DNA from: Eledone cirrhosa
Lineage: Eukaryota
DNA length: 64,000 nt
Assembly: GCA_964016885.1 (NCBI GenBank)
Contig: CAXHJY010000144.1
Location: 27,007-91,006, forward strand
Direction of reading: 5' to 3'
This document shows positions 14,010 to 32,012 of the stretch, piece after piece. A program made the position numbers and the translations under genes. Within the stretch, counting starts at the first letter, position 1, and every line of letters starts with the position of its first letter. The notes beneath the pieces are model-generated. The model worked only from the letters and a program-made list of their open reading frames with translations, searched no databases and was not told the origin of the DNA.

Positions 14010-14262
14010 AACAGCTGACTCCCTCCATAAAATCGGAGTGACAGCAGAACGTCTGAGGAAGGAACCCCGTGAGATGAGGTGGCTGTTGCAGCGAGTGTCG
14101 CTGGCCATAGTCTGCGGAAATGCCTTTGCCATTTGTCCGCGGTGTAGAGTATGTCACCCTCTCCCCTTCCCCTTTTCTTTCTTCCTTTGTCTAGTAGCCC
14201 TTGCTCTTCCCCTCATTTATGGCATAGTCCTTCCCAATACTGTTTTCTTTTTATGTCATTAA
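14010..14262 (+). mobile_element. 3' fragment of a CRE-like RLE non-LTR element
   Basis: KEPREMRWLLQRVSLAIVCGNAFA matches KEPHEVGWLLQWVSLAFVCGNAFA at ~57700-57780; 3' UTR also similar. Confidence 0.75.
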
Positions 14263-14269
14263 TCAACTA

Positions 14270-14614
14270 TTTACCGTATCACTGTAGTAAATACGAACGT
14301 TTGACCGCGCCGTCATCGACTAAAAGGAATTACGACGATCGCTACATTAAATCTCCATGCGCTTAAGGCGCCAAAATAAAGGTTTTAACTATAGGAGTGA
14401 CTTCCCTTGTTTGATGGTAGACGTGACCAATGTATCATCGCAAAGCAATTTATTTAAAGTGCTTAATATAAACACACGCGCACACACATATATATGTATA
14501 TAAATATATATACCCACACATACATGTTAGTTGAGAAAGAGAGAGTGGGGTATAGTGCCGATATGTATGCAAGCTGGTGTATCCTTTGCTCTCAACTTTG
14601 ATTAGAAGGTAGGT
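14270..14614 (+). promoter_or_regulatory. Candidate promoter/first non-coding exon of the ZNF gene
   Basis: Locally CpG-rich unique DNA with ACTTCC and GACGTGACCAAT motifs; donor-like GAAG|GTAGGT at 14609; acceptor-like TTTCAG| at 15695 upstream of ATG 15819. Confidence 0.35.
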
Positions 14615-15037
14615 CTCAGTTATTATAAATTATAGCCAACCGCGCTCCTCTTTCGAAGACCTTGTAAAGGTCCATTTTAAAGTCGTGATGTCTTGCACAT
14701 GGCATGGGATTCATTACCGCGGTGCATAGATATGTAATTCACATTCCTTAAAAACTATTTACTAACAAGTGCTTGCACACACGCGTACCCTACATGCATG
14801 CATACATAGATACACACGTTCGTACATATATACATGTACAACATGCATATGAATATATTTACCGTTGCATGTATGTATTTATATGTGCAGGATGTGTGTG
14901 TATATAATAGAGCTATATATGAAAGCATATACGATATTTTTATATATATAATCAGTATACAAGTTTCGCTATTAGTGTTTTAAGTTGTTACTTTGTATCC
15001 AACTCTGTTCTGTACTGTTAGTTTTATTCATCATTAG

Positions 15038-15350
15038 TGTGGAGGCATATGGCTTAATGATTAGAGCGTTGGATTTACAATCTTGAGGTTGTGAGTTCGA
15101 TTCCCTTACCGGGTGATGTTTTGTGTTCTTGAGCAAGGCACTTTATTTCATGTTGTTCAGTTTACTCAGCTGTAGAAATTAATTTTTACATAGCCTTTCA
15201 CTTGGAAAGCATGTGTAGCATGGAGAGGAGAGACATGTATGGATGGGTGACTGCTAATCTCCCACAAAAACACTTTGCCCCGACTTGTGCCTCGAAAGGG
15301 AAACTTTCATGGTGCAAATTCCATGGTCATTCGTGACTTTTAATGCCCTG
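15038..15350 (+). mobile_element. tRNA-derived CORE-like SINE (intronic if the exon model holds)
   Basis: TGGCTTAATGATTAGAGC A-box, GAGTTCGATTC B-box, TGTGTTCTTGAGCAAGGCACTTTA core. Confidence 0.8.
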
Positions 15351-15818
15351 TATCACATGAAACCACATTAGCAAGACAGTCATGAGAAGTATATTACAAC
15401 ACTATGAGTACATCACATTAAAAAATTTGTCTTTATTCTAATACTGTAGATATTCTCAACAATCTGTCCACTAATAAAGTTACTATAAACATTTGAATTA
15501 ACAAATGTTTTGTTTTTTAATATTTTCTGCTAAAATTACATGGTGTTAAGAGTTAATGTGTCATTGTTCATCTGTGTATTTCACTTTCATACTCGCCCCA
15601 TACTTTTGTGGCCAATAAAAAGAAAATATTGTTATTATTGTTGTTTCTTCAAACGTTTATAACCAATTTTCTGATACATTATTGTTGTATTTCAGAATTC
15701 ACCAAACATTTCCTCGTAAATCAGTTGTCATTTCCTGCAACAATTCAAGGATTTTTTTAATATAAAAAACAAATCTAATTTTGGAAAAATGAATTTCTAT
15801 TTTGTATTTTAACAAAAT

Positions 15819-17144
15819 ATGGATTCTTTAGCCCTGAGTGAATTCAATGGTAACCTCTCTCCATCAATAACACCTCTACAGACTGAAGAAATACACAAGC
15901 AGCTGAACTCTAAACCAGTTTTCCCCAATGACTTCCATTTGAAACAATCCCCATGGGCCTTTAGTTTAGAAAAGTGCAACATGAAAGATAACAATATGTC
16001 TCAACAACCATATATTCAAGATTTATCATCCAATGTTAATAGTCCAGTGGTCAGTCAAAAATCCTGTACTCCGATGAACAGCACAGATCGTAATTTATAC
16101 TCAAAAAATTTCTTATTAATGCCATCAATTCAAACCCTACAGCAAGACCAAAAATCAAAGGCTTCCATTTCTGATCAACATTGTTATAAAAGCAACATGA
16201 TTTGCCATGTCGATGGCTGCCAAGACCACAATATCAGGACTACTACCTCGAAAACACTCAATATTCCTACTGTGAGGTGTCAGAAGAATCACGAACAACA
16301 TTCTCAATCTAATAAAGATAGATGTACTCCTGGCCAGGAGTTTGAGTCACAACGATTCCACTGCACAGTTTGCAGTAAGAGCTATGCACGATCTAATCAA
16401 CTTGTATGCCACAACAGGGTCCACACAGGAGAAAAGCCTTATCCCTGTGATGAATGTGAAAAGAAATTTACTCGCTCAGATCAATTGAAGTACCACAAGC
16501 GCACCCACAGTGGAGAGAAGCCTTACCAGTGTACATTTTGTCCAAAAAGCTTTGCACGTTCAGACAAACTGAAATGCCACATTCGTGTTCACACGGGTGA
16601 AAAACCATACCACTGCGTGACATGTGGCAAGCAGTTTGCCCGCTCTGACAAACTACGAGCCCATGAGCGCATACACACTGGTGAAAAGCCCTACCATTGT
16701 GACCTTTGCCCAAAAACATTTGCTCAGTCCGACAAACTACGCTGTCATAGGCGTGTCCATACTGGGGAGAAACCCTACCATTGCAGTGAATGCGGCAAAC
16801 AGTTCTCCCGCTCTGACAAACTTGTCCAGCACAAACGAATTCACACTGGGGAAAGACCATTTCGTTGTAATATTTGTTCAAAACAGTTTCTCCGTTCTGA
16901 TAAAATGCAATTGCACCGGAAAACCCATTTTGTTGCACCATCAACAGTTTTGTTACCAAAAACAACTGTAAAACAGCAGTGTCCAAAGTTAAACAGCCAT
17001 ACAGAAGCTCGCCCCTCAATTAGTTCAACTTTAACCAACGATGATGTTATCTGCATTGATGATACTGAACTGGCTGTCCTTACAAATAAAAACTTAAAGG
17101 ACTACATACCAAATAACCCCTATTTCTGGCATACAGTCAACTGA
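15819..17144 (+). CDS. C2H2 zinc-finger protein, 7 tandem fingers, single coding exon, 441 aa
   Basis: Intact ORF; seven CxxC-x12-HxxxH fingers joined by TGEKPY/SGEKPY/TGERPF linkers. Confidence 0.93.
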   Translation: MDSLALSEFNGNLSPSITPLQTEEIHKQLNSKPVFPNDFHLKQSPWAFSLEKCNMKDNNMSQQPYIQDLSSNVNSPVVSQKSCTPMNSTDRNLYSKNFLLMPSIQTLQQDQKSKASISDQHCYKSNMICHVDGCQDHNIRTTTSKTLNIPTVRCQKNHEQHSQSNKDRCTPGQEFESQRFHCTVCSKSYARSNQLVCHNRVHTGEKPYPCDECEKKFTRSDQLKYHKRTHSGEKPYQCTFCPKSFARSDKLKCHIRVHTGEKPYHCVTCGKQFARSDKLRAHERIHTGEKPYHCDLCPKTFAQSDKLRCHRRVHTGEKPYHCSECGKQFSRSDKLVQHKRIHTGERPFRCNICSKQFLRSDKMQLHRKTHFVAPSTVLLPKTTVKQQCPKLNSHTEARPSISSTLTNDDVICIDDTELAVLTNKNLKDYIPNNPYFWHTVN

Positions 17145-17318
17145 GGGCTACGTACCCCTTAAACTCTACTTTAGGCCTACATTCAACCGGGGCTTATATA
17201 CCCCTTAACCCCTACTCAGGCCTACATTCAACTGAGGATTACATAACCCTTGACCCCTAATTCAGGCCTACACTGAACTGAGGACCCTATAAACCCTACT
17301 TCAAGCTTGTATTCAACT
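17097..17318 (+). repeat. ~46-bp minisatellite, ~5 copies, overlapping the ZNF stop codon
   Basis: Units start at 17097, 17143, 17189, 17234, 17280 (GAGG..TACATA.CCCTT.ACCCCTA.TTCAGGCCTACATTCAACT). Confidence 0.8.
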
Positions 17319-17872
17319 AACAGTAGAACTCTAGTCTATTTTCATTTTAAGAAACAACAACATGAACTAGTGACAATGAGATATATATATATATGTGTGT
17401 GTAGCCCCAAGTATTCTAATAAATAGGAGACTTAGAACGGGGACTTGGTGAACACCAAACTAAATTCATGGGATTTTCTGCTAAATCTGTCATGGCTTAC
17501 AGCACTTTCATACATCAATAGAATTACTCTTATAAGCCATCATCTTTATTCAGTATCTCCAAACTTTATTCTACAAAAGGTCTACTCTAGTAGGTTTGTT
17601 CTTAGCTATGAACTTTCTTTGCAGTTATTGTGCTAGAAAAAATGGGTTTTTTTGTGATTCTATACCCAGGAACAAGCCTTAACTGCATTGCTCTTCTGAT
17701 TTACACAAACTTTGCTATCACTCTCAACTACTTTCAATAATAGATACATCACTTTTGTGAAACGTTTTTGGTTACAGTTTCATTCAATCAGGACTGACGT
17801 GAGAGATAATCAACAAGGACATAATTAATTAAGCAAGTAACTACCATAATAGTGACATATTCTGCAATTTTT

Positions 17873-18205
17873 CCATCACCTCACTGACTCTCTTGTCACC
17901 CTATAGTATTCCCACTTTCATCACCTCACTGACTCTCCTTTCACCCTACAGTATTCCCACTTTCATCACCTCGCTGACTCTCCTTTCACCCTACAGTATT
18001 CCCACTTTCATCACCTCGCTGACTCTCCTTTCACCCTACAGTATTCCCACTTCATCACCTCACTGACTATCCTATCATCCTACAGGTTTCCCACTTTCAT
18101 CACCTCACTGACTTGCCTATCACCCTACAGTGTTCCCACTTTCATCACCTAACTAACTCTCCTGTCACCTTACAGTGTTCCCACTTTCATTACATTACTG
18201 ACTAT
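17873..18205 (+). repeat. 45-bp minisatellite, ~7.5 copies
   Basis: Unit TCATCACCTCACTGACTCTCCTTTCACCCTACAGTATTCCCACTT. Confidence 0.93.
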
Positions 18206-18818
18206 TCCATGACTCCACATGTCAGCCAGTTATTGCATTCCTGACCTTGCTAAAACTAACCTCAATAACAGCTTTCTTTGTTGCTTCCACTTATCATAGA
18301 CTGTCAGTATCCTATTCATAGTCCTCCATCAGTCTCTCTACTACGTAACTTTCATGGATTTGCTTAGTCAGGACTGGCCTGAACTTAAAAATCAACAACC
18401 TCTCTCTACAACAGAACTCTCATAGGCTTGTTATATCAAGACTGACCTGAAGCTAAACAACAAAATCAACTTATCAAGACAGAGCTCTCGTGGGCTTGCT
18501 GTGGCTAAACTGTAGCAATAACCTCTCATAGGCCTGCTGTAGCTAAACAGCAACAACTTCTCTCTACAACAGAACTCTCATGGGCCTGTTGAGGTTAAAG
18601 AATAATATCAACCACTCTCTACAATAGACTTCTCTCTGTGACATTTTCTGTTTCCAGTCACTTGAACCAAGTGTCCTCTCAGACACACTTCAACTCACTG
18701 GCACCTTGTTTCAAATGAACACATTTTCTTGCAAGTCAAAATATATTTTATGTCTCTCATGTGAAATGTACATGTGTGTGTATACACAAACACATACATA
18801 TATATACATACATACATA

Positions 18819-18859
<41 letters not shown>

Positions 18860-18909
18860 ACTTATATAAATATATATATATACATATATATATACATATA
18901 TATATATAT

Positions 18910-20103
18910 GAAATGGTCGTGCTCGGTGTGTAGGAAAGGCGTAGGTAGAAACTCCATTTTATGTCCTAAATGCAAAGTATGGGTGCATAAAAGATGTAGT
19001 GGGATCACAGGTAAGCTAACTAAGAACATAGATTTTACATGTGGCCGGTGCTCTGGTGCAATAAGTAGCAGCAAGTGCCCACAAACTACTAGCTCTTTCA
19101 ATTGCGCAGAGGGTTCTATAGAAATAGTGGACAGCTTCCGTTACCTGGGCGATAAAATCAGCAGTGGGGGAGGGTGCTCTGAAAGTACTGTAGCTAGAGT
19201 CAGAACTGGTTGGAAAAAGTTCAGAGAGCTTATACCACTATTAGCTGCTAAAGGGTTCTCACTAAAAATGAAAGGCAGGTTGTACGATGCCTGCATACGA
19301 ACAGCAATGCTGCATGGCAGTGAGACCTGGGCATTGTGTGCAGAGGATATACGCAGACTAGAGAGGAACGAAGCTTGCATGCTCCGCTGGATGTGTAACA
19401 GTAATATACGTGAACGGCAAAGCATAAACGAACTAAGGAAAAAATTAGAGATAAGAGGGATCAGATGTTGTTTACTCGAGAGAAGGCTACGTTGGTATGG
19501 ACACGTGATGCGCTTGAAAGTCGATAGCTGTATAACAAAGTGCAGGGCAATAAAGATAGACGGTAGTCACGGAATAGGCAGACCTAGAAAAACCTGGGAC
19601 GAGCTGATAAACTCCGACATCACACACTTACACCTCTCCAAGACAATGTCACTGGACCGAGACCTTTGGCGGTACTCAGTAACAGAGAAGACCCGCCTTA
19701 CCTAAATATATAGTAAAACCTACTCCAGCCAGTAGGCATCTCTAACAAAATACACCCCGTCCCACCACCCCCACCCCCACCCGATCCACACCACCCCGTT
19801 CTATGTAAAGTTATGTTGGTGCCGCGCCATCGAGGCCGAAACAAATGAGATCGTGTAGGTGTCACGACAAAAAACACACAGTCCACGCTGTAATGTGGCC
19901 GTGTAGGCAACACGGTAAAAACCTCCCAGACCCACACTGTAAATGTGGTTGGTGTTAGGAAGGGCATCCAACTGTAGAAAACCTGCCAGACAGTCCTATG
20001 CGAGCAAGACAATCACTCTTGCCTCAAGTGGGACTACCCCCGTCCAAACCCATGCAAGCGTGGAACACGGACGTTAAACGTTGATGATGATGATGATGAT
20101 GAT
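18910..20103 (+). mobile_element. Young 5'-truncated RTE family-1 copy with intact reading frame and tail
   Basis: ORF to 19705 (KWSCSVC...EKTRLT*), 3' UTR, (TGA)n; both ends in microsatellite. Confidence 0.96.
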
Positions 20104-20439
20104 ATATATATATATACACACGTGTGTGTGTGGGCGTGTAACTCCTGGGTGATGAACAGCATGTCTTCAGTATGTTATACGTGGCGGAGCCCATCCTTTC
20201 TCCAGGCTGGAATGCAGCTGATTTCTTCTTGAGAAGGAGAAAGAGAGGAAGTAAGAAAGCAATATAGAGAAAGAATCAACCCCAGTACTGGTTCTTTTTT
20301 TTATTGACCTTCAAAGGATGAAAGGCAAAGTTGGCATTGGCGAGATTTGAAGTCAGATTGCAGAAATCTGGAACAAATATTATCAAAGCATTCTAGCCCA
20401 AGTAACAACTCTGCCAATATGGTGCACTATATATATATT

Positions 20440-20775
20440 CACACACAAGTGGCATCCACCCACTGAAAGCTTTCCAGGCAGAGGGTTGGGAGGACCCTTC
20501 AGCTGTGTCAGGGACATGACAGCCTCCGTAGTGTTCGTAATCTACACAATAAACACAATCAGTACACACTGTAAAGTGGTTGGTGATAGGAAGGGCATCT
20601 AATCATAGAAATCTTGTCAAACTAAAAGGTTGGGAGGATCCTTCAGTTGTGTCAAAGGCATGACAACCTCTCCTGTGCACTTGGTGGAGCATTGACCATA
20701 CATAATGCTAGACACAGATCTCTGGCCTGCCTGGGAGATCAGTGACTCCACCTCAGTATTGACGATGATGATGAT
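20440..20775 (+). mobile_element. Decayed SINE/RTE-tail remnant
   Basis: GTAAAGTGGTTGGTGATAGGAAGGGCATC box, internal duplication, (TGA)n end. Confidence 0.55.
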
Positions 20776-20784
20776 ATACGCACG

Positions 20785-20912
<128 letters not shown>

Positions 20913-20917
20913 TATAT

Positions 20918-21988
20918 ATCATCATCATCATCATCATCAACGTTTAACGTCCGTGTTCCACGCTTGCATGGGTTTGGACGGGGGTAGTCCCACTTGAGGC
21001 AAGAGTGATTGTCTTGCTCGCATAGGACTGTCTGGCAGGTTTTCTACAGTTGGATGCCCTTCCTAACACCAACCACATTTACAGTGTGGGTCTGGGAGGT
21101 TTTTACCGTGTTGCCCACACGGCCACATTACAGCGTGGACTGTGTGTTTTTTTGTCGTGACACCTACACGATCTCATTTGTTTCGGCCTCGATGGCGCGG
21201 CACCAACATAACTTTACATAGAACGGGGTGGTGTGGATCGGGTGGGGGTGGGGGTGGTGGGACGGGGTGTATTTTGTTAGAGATGCCTACTGGCTGGAGT
21301 AGGTTTTACTATATATTTAGGTAAGGCGGGTCTTCTCTGTTACTGAGTACCGCCAAAGGTCTCGGTCCAGTGACATTGTCTTGGAGAGGTGTAAGTGTGT
21401 GATGTCGGAGTTTATCAGCTCGTCCCAGGTTTTTCTAGGTCTGCCTATTCCGTGACTACCGTCTATCTTTATTGCCCTGCACTTTGTTATACAGCTATCG
21501 ACTTTCATGCGCATCACGTGTCCATACCAACGTAGCCTTCTCTCGAGTAAACAACATCTGATCCCTCTTATCTCTAATTTTTTCCTTAGTTCGTTTATGC
21601 TTTGCCGTTCACGTATATTACTGTTACACATCCAGCGGAGCATGCAAGCTTCGTTCCTCTCTAGTCTGCGTATATCCTCTGCACACAATGCCCAGGTCTC
21701 ACTGCCATGCAGCATTGCTGTTCGTATGCAGGCATCGTACAACCTGCCTTTCATTTTTAGTGAGAACCCTTTAGCAGCTAATAGTGGTATAAGCTCTCTG
21801 AACTTTTTCCAACCAGTTCTGACTCTAGCTACAGTACTTTCAGAGCACCCTCCCCCACTGCTGATTTTATCGCCCAGGTAACGGAAGCTGTCCACTATTT
21901 CTATAGAACCCTCTGCGCAATTGAAAGAGCTAGTAGTTTGTGGGCACTTGCTGCTACTTATTGCACCAGAGCACCGGCCACATGTAAA
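20918..21988 (-). mobile_element. Young 5'-truncated RTE family-1 copy, inverted relative to 18910-20103
   Basis: ORF 21317-21988 identical to the + copy except RMKVD/RLKVD. Confidence 0.96.
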
Positions 21989-22141
21989 TATATATATATA
22001 TACACATATATATATATATATATATACACATATATATATATATATATATACACATATATATATATATATATATACACATATATATATATATATACACATA
22101 TATATATATATATATATACACATATATATATATATATATAT

Positions 22142-22176
<35 letters not shown>

Positions 22177-22201
22177 CACATATATATATATATATATACA
22201 C

Positions 22202-22232
<31 letters not shown>

Positions 22233-22274
22233 TAGGAATGTCTTTAGTTGACATATATATATATATATATATAT

Positions 22275-22646
22275 ATCATCATCATCATCATCAACGTTTA
22301 ACGTCCGTGTTCCACGCTTGCATGGGTTTGGACGGGGGTAGTCCCACTTGAGGCAAGAGTGATTGTCTTGCTCGCATAGGACTGTCTGGCAGGTTTTCTA
22401 CAGTTGGATGCCCTTCCTAACACCAACCACATTTACAGTGTGGGGCTGGGAGGTTTTTACCGTGTTGCCTACACGGCCACATTACAGCGTGGACTGTGTG
22501 TTTTTTTGTCGTGACACCTACACGATCTCATTTGTTTCGGCCTGGATGGTGTGGCACCAACATAACTTTACATAGAACGGGGTGGTATGGATGGGGGGGG
22601 GGGGTATTTTGTTAGAGATGCCTACTGGCTGTAGTAGGTTTTACTA
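22275..22646 (-). mobile_element. RTE family-1 3' UTR-only copy
   Basis: Matches ~20918-21312. Confidence 0.88.
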
Positions 22647-22676
22647 TGTATTTATATTGTATGTATCTATATATAT

Positions 22677-22741
<65 letters not shown>

Positions 22742-22756
22742 TATATATATATATAT

Positions 22757-26212
<3,456 letters not shown>

Positions 26213-26237
26213 TATATATATATATATACACATATAT

Positions 26238-27076
<839 letters not shown>

Positions 27077-28134
27077 AAAAGAAAACACAGGTAAGCATTA
27101 AGAGAAGGATTTTATCCAGGTATTTACGACCGTTTCATTGGTAAGTGCAACCTTATATTGCTATACTGCAAATAGCAGCCACTCAATTATAATTGTTGTT
27201 CACAATTATAATTGAGTTCAATTTATTGTAACCATAGACTCAAAGAGAAGTTTTCGCACTACAAGTGCAAATCAAACCCTTAACCTCTTACTACCAACTA
27301 ACAAACTGCATATACTTAGACTTTATACCCTCTTGTTGTATCTAAACCCTTTTAATTACCCACAAAAACCAATACCTATATCCCTCCCTTCTCCTTCATT
27401 CCTCTTCTATTTCTTCGTTTTCTTCCTTCCTTCCCTCCCCCTTTTGGCTATCTTTTCTTTTCTTCTTTCTCCCCTTTTCTTTGCTTTTATTTTTGTCATT
27501 ATTATCTTTATCTTTATTTTTTATATATATATTTATCTCTTTATATCTCCCCCCCCCTCTCTCTCTCTATTCATCCCTCCCACTATGATCAATTTAATTC
27601 TCTTTAACTCACTACATTCCACGACATGAAGTCTACATATCAAAACTGATCAAGGAATCCTTCCACCTCTACCCCTCCCTCCATCTCAGTTTGTCACTCT
27701 ACTTCCTAACTCTTACCCCTTCCGCTCTCTCTATACTATTCCGTTTGTCCCCTCACCTAATTCCTCTCTCTCTATACTAGTAAATACAATTCCAAATAAA
27801 TGTTTTTCTCTATATATTAAGAACTATTTCAAGAGTAACTTACTCACTATTTTTGAAAATTTGGACTGTGAACAACAATTATAATTGAGTGGCTGCTATT
27901 TGCAGTATAGCAATATAAGGTTGCACTTACCAATGAAACGGTCGTAAATACCTGGATAAAATCCTTCTCTTAATGCTTACCTGTGTTTTCTCTTTTATAC
28001 TTTATACTCCAAGATTGAATGGAATTCTTACAAACTTGTGGAGTTACCCCTAACCGTACGTTGAAACCATCCATGAAACTGGCTTTCTTAACCACGAACT
28101 GGATCACAATAAGCAATTTTCTGCTTCCCTAACT
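27077..28134 (+). mobile_element. Non-coding PLE-type terminus with 5' inverted segment and variant HHR (27848-27950)
   Basis: 27077-27204 is the reverse complement of ~27867-27991; TTGAAAA-tTTGG..CCAAt-GAAA-CGGTCG-TA; flanked by (TA)n. Confidence 0.65.
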
Positions 28135-28274
28135 ATATATATATATATATATGTGTATGTATATATATATATGTGTATGTATATATATATATGTGTATAT
28201 ATATATATATATGTGTATGTATATATATATATATGTGTATATATATATATGTGTGTATATATATATATATATGT

Positions 28275-29200
28275 GTATATACATATATATATGCTCAAGG
28301 CGTAGGAGACTTGATTGATGAGACCAAACCAAGAGCGCATGCTGGAGATGTTGGTTGGTGTGGGGAAGTCAATGATGGCTGGAGGTATTTCTTGCACAGT
28401 CTGATGCTGTTGCATGTGATCTCGAAGCCAGCAAATTCGACTGTGTCCTTGGCAAAGACAAATTTCTCTGGGTTTAAGGTTATTCCGTTTCTGCCGCAGA
28501 GCTCTAGCCATTCACAGGCACGGAAGAAGCTATCTTCAATGTTGTCAGACCACAGCAAGGTGTCGTCGACGCATTTAGTCTTATTCTGTATGTCAGAGAT
28601 GATCTCATTGAATCTCCTTGTGTATCCATCACCTGACGCAATGTAGCCTTGGAGGGCAGTCAGGTAGCGGTATCTTCCCCATGGCGTGATGAATGTGGTT
28701 AATTCATAAGGGGAAGGGGTTGGTGTTTGCATGTATTGAACGTGCTTGATTTGTACTGATCAAGAAGGTAGCGCTCAAATTCCTCGCGATTTTTCTCTCT
28801 TGCGGGGTAGGGTAATTTGGTTGGCAGGGGTGGTGGCAGTGTTCGTCTTGGGCATTCGCATTCCACTTTGTCTTGGTCCTGTAATTGATGTGTTTGGTTG
28901 TAACCTGAAGATGCAGCTGCATTCACGCTACCACTGACCTCGCCGATAGTTGGAAAGTTATCTGTGATCATCCCAAGTGAGATGCATCCCTCTTTACTAA
29001 GGAAGAACTTGTCTGTGATGTATACAAGTTGGCAAGTTTCGATCAGTTCACCAGTGGAGTCTTGACCTGAAAGGCTAACAACGACGGCTCCAAGGATGGG
29101 GATGCCTTTATTGTTCGCAGCATGCATCCTCAGTGTTACTGGGATGAGGTCAGAGGTCTTGAGTCCAAGCTTGTGCAGGACCTTCACCCTTGCTGTGGTC
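28275..29200 (-). mobile_element. Gypsy/Ty3 pol fragment (post-protease region + RT), internally deleted
   Basis: TTFITPWGRYRY..QGYIASGDGY..CVDDTLLW..LNPEKF..VEFAGF; [20 protein letters not shown]. Confidence 0.88.
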
Positions 29201-29361
29201 TCCATCATAAATGAGCACAAACTCTTTTCGTAATACATCCACTTTATTTGTATCAACAAATGATGGACATCTGAAACAGATGAAAAGAACTATTAGGAAT
29301 AAATAGTCTCAGAACGCTATAACATGTTTTGCATATCGTTACACAATGATATATAATCCTC

Positions 29362-30237
<876 letters not shown>

Positions 30238-30238
30238 T

Positions 30239-30616
30239 TCCAGCCAGTAGGCATCTCTAACAAAATACACCCCGTCCCACCACCACCACCCCCACCCGAT
30301 CCACACCACCCCGTTCTATGTAAAGTTATGTTGGTGCCGCGCCATCGAGGCCGAAACAAATGAGATCGTGTAGGTGTCACGACAAAAAAACACACAGTCC
30401 ACGCTGTAATGTGGCCGTGTAGGCAACACGGTAAAAACCTCCCAGACCCACACTGTAAATGTGGTTGGTGTTAGGAAGGGCATCCAACTGTAGAAAACCT
30501 GCCAGACAGTCCTATGCGAGCAAGACAATCACTCTTGCCTCAAGTGGGACTACCCCCGTCCAAACCCATGCAAGCGTGGAACACGGACGTTAAACGTTGA
30601 TGATGATGATGATGAT
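30239..30616 (+). mobile_element. RTE family-1 3' UTR-only copy
   Basis: Near-identical to ~19725-20103. Confidence 0.9.
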
Positions 30617-30749
30617 ATATATATGTATATATATACATGTATATATATATATATGTATATATATATATGTATATATATATATATGTATATATATATGTAT
30701 ATATGTATATATATATATATATGTATGTATATATATATATATATGTATG

Positions 30750-30808
<59 letters not shown>

Positions 30809-30922
30809 ATATATATATATATATATGTATATATAATATATGTATATATATATATATCTATATATATATTTATATGTATATATATATATGTATATATACA
30901 TGTATATATGTATATATACATG

Positions 30923-30969
<47 letters not shown>

Positions 30970-31008
30970 GTATATATATATGTATATATATATATGTATA
31001 TATATATG

Positions 31009-31077
<69 letters not shown>

Positions 31078-31132
31078 GTATATATATATGTATATATATA
31101 TATATGTATATATATATGTATATATATATATG

Positions 31133-31163
<31 letters not shown>

Positions 31164-31246
31164 GTATATATATATATGTATATATATATATATGTATATA
31201 TATATATGTATATATATATATGTATATATATGTATATATATATATG

Positions 31247-31329
<83 letters not shown>

Positions 31330-31342
31330 GTATATATATATG

Positions 31343-31373
<31 letters not shown>

Positions 31374-31410
31374 ATATATATATATATGTATGTATATATA
31401 TATATGTATG

Positions 31411-31455
<45 letters not shown>

Positions 31456-31960
31456 GTATATATACATGTATATATGTATATATACATGTATATATATATA
31501 TGTATATATACATGTATATATATATATGTATATATACATGTATATATATATATGTATATATACATGTATATATATATATGTATATATACATGTATATATA
31601 TATATGTATATATACATGTATATATATATATGTATATATACATGTATATATATATATATGTATATATACATGTATATATATATATGTATATATACATGTA
31701 TATATATATATGTATATATACATGTATATATATATATGTATATATACATGTATATATATATATATGTATATATACATGTATATATATATATATGTATATA
31801 TACATGTATATATATATATATGTATATATATATATGTATATATACATACATATGTATATATACATACATATGTATATATACATACATATGTATATATACA
31901 TACATATGTATATATATATATATGTATACATACATATATGTATATATACATACATATATA

Positions 31961-32012
<52 letters not shown>

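Noticed and set aside
15038-15110. tRNA gene
   Set aside because: No acceptor stem; it continues into a SINE body also present at 26430-26575
16468-17056. Antisense and alternative-frame ORFs over the ZNF
   Set aside because: Shadows of the repetitive zinc-finger coding sequence
21009-21221. Recurrent 70-aa [18 protein letters not shown]
   Set aside because: Antisense to the RTE 3' UTR with a TTG start; recurrence reflects repeat copies
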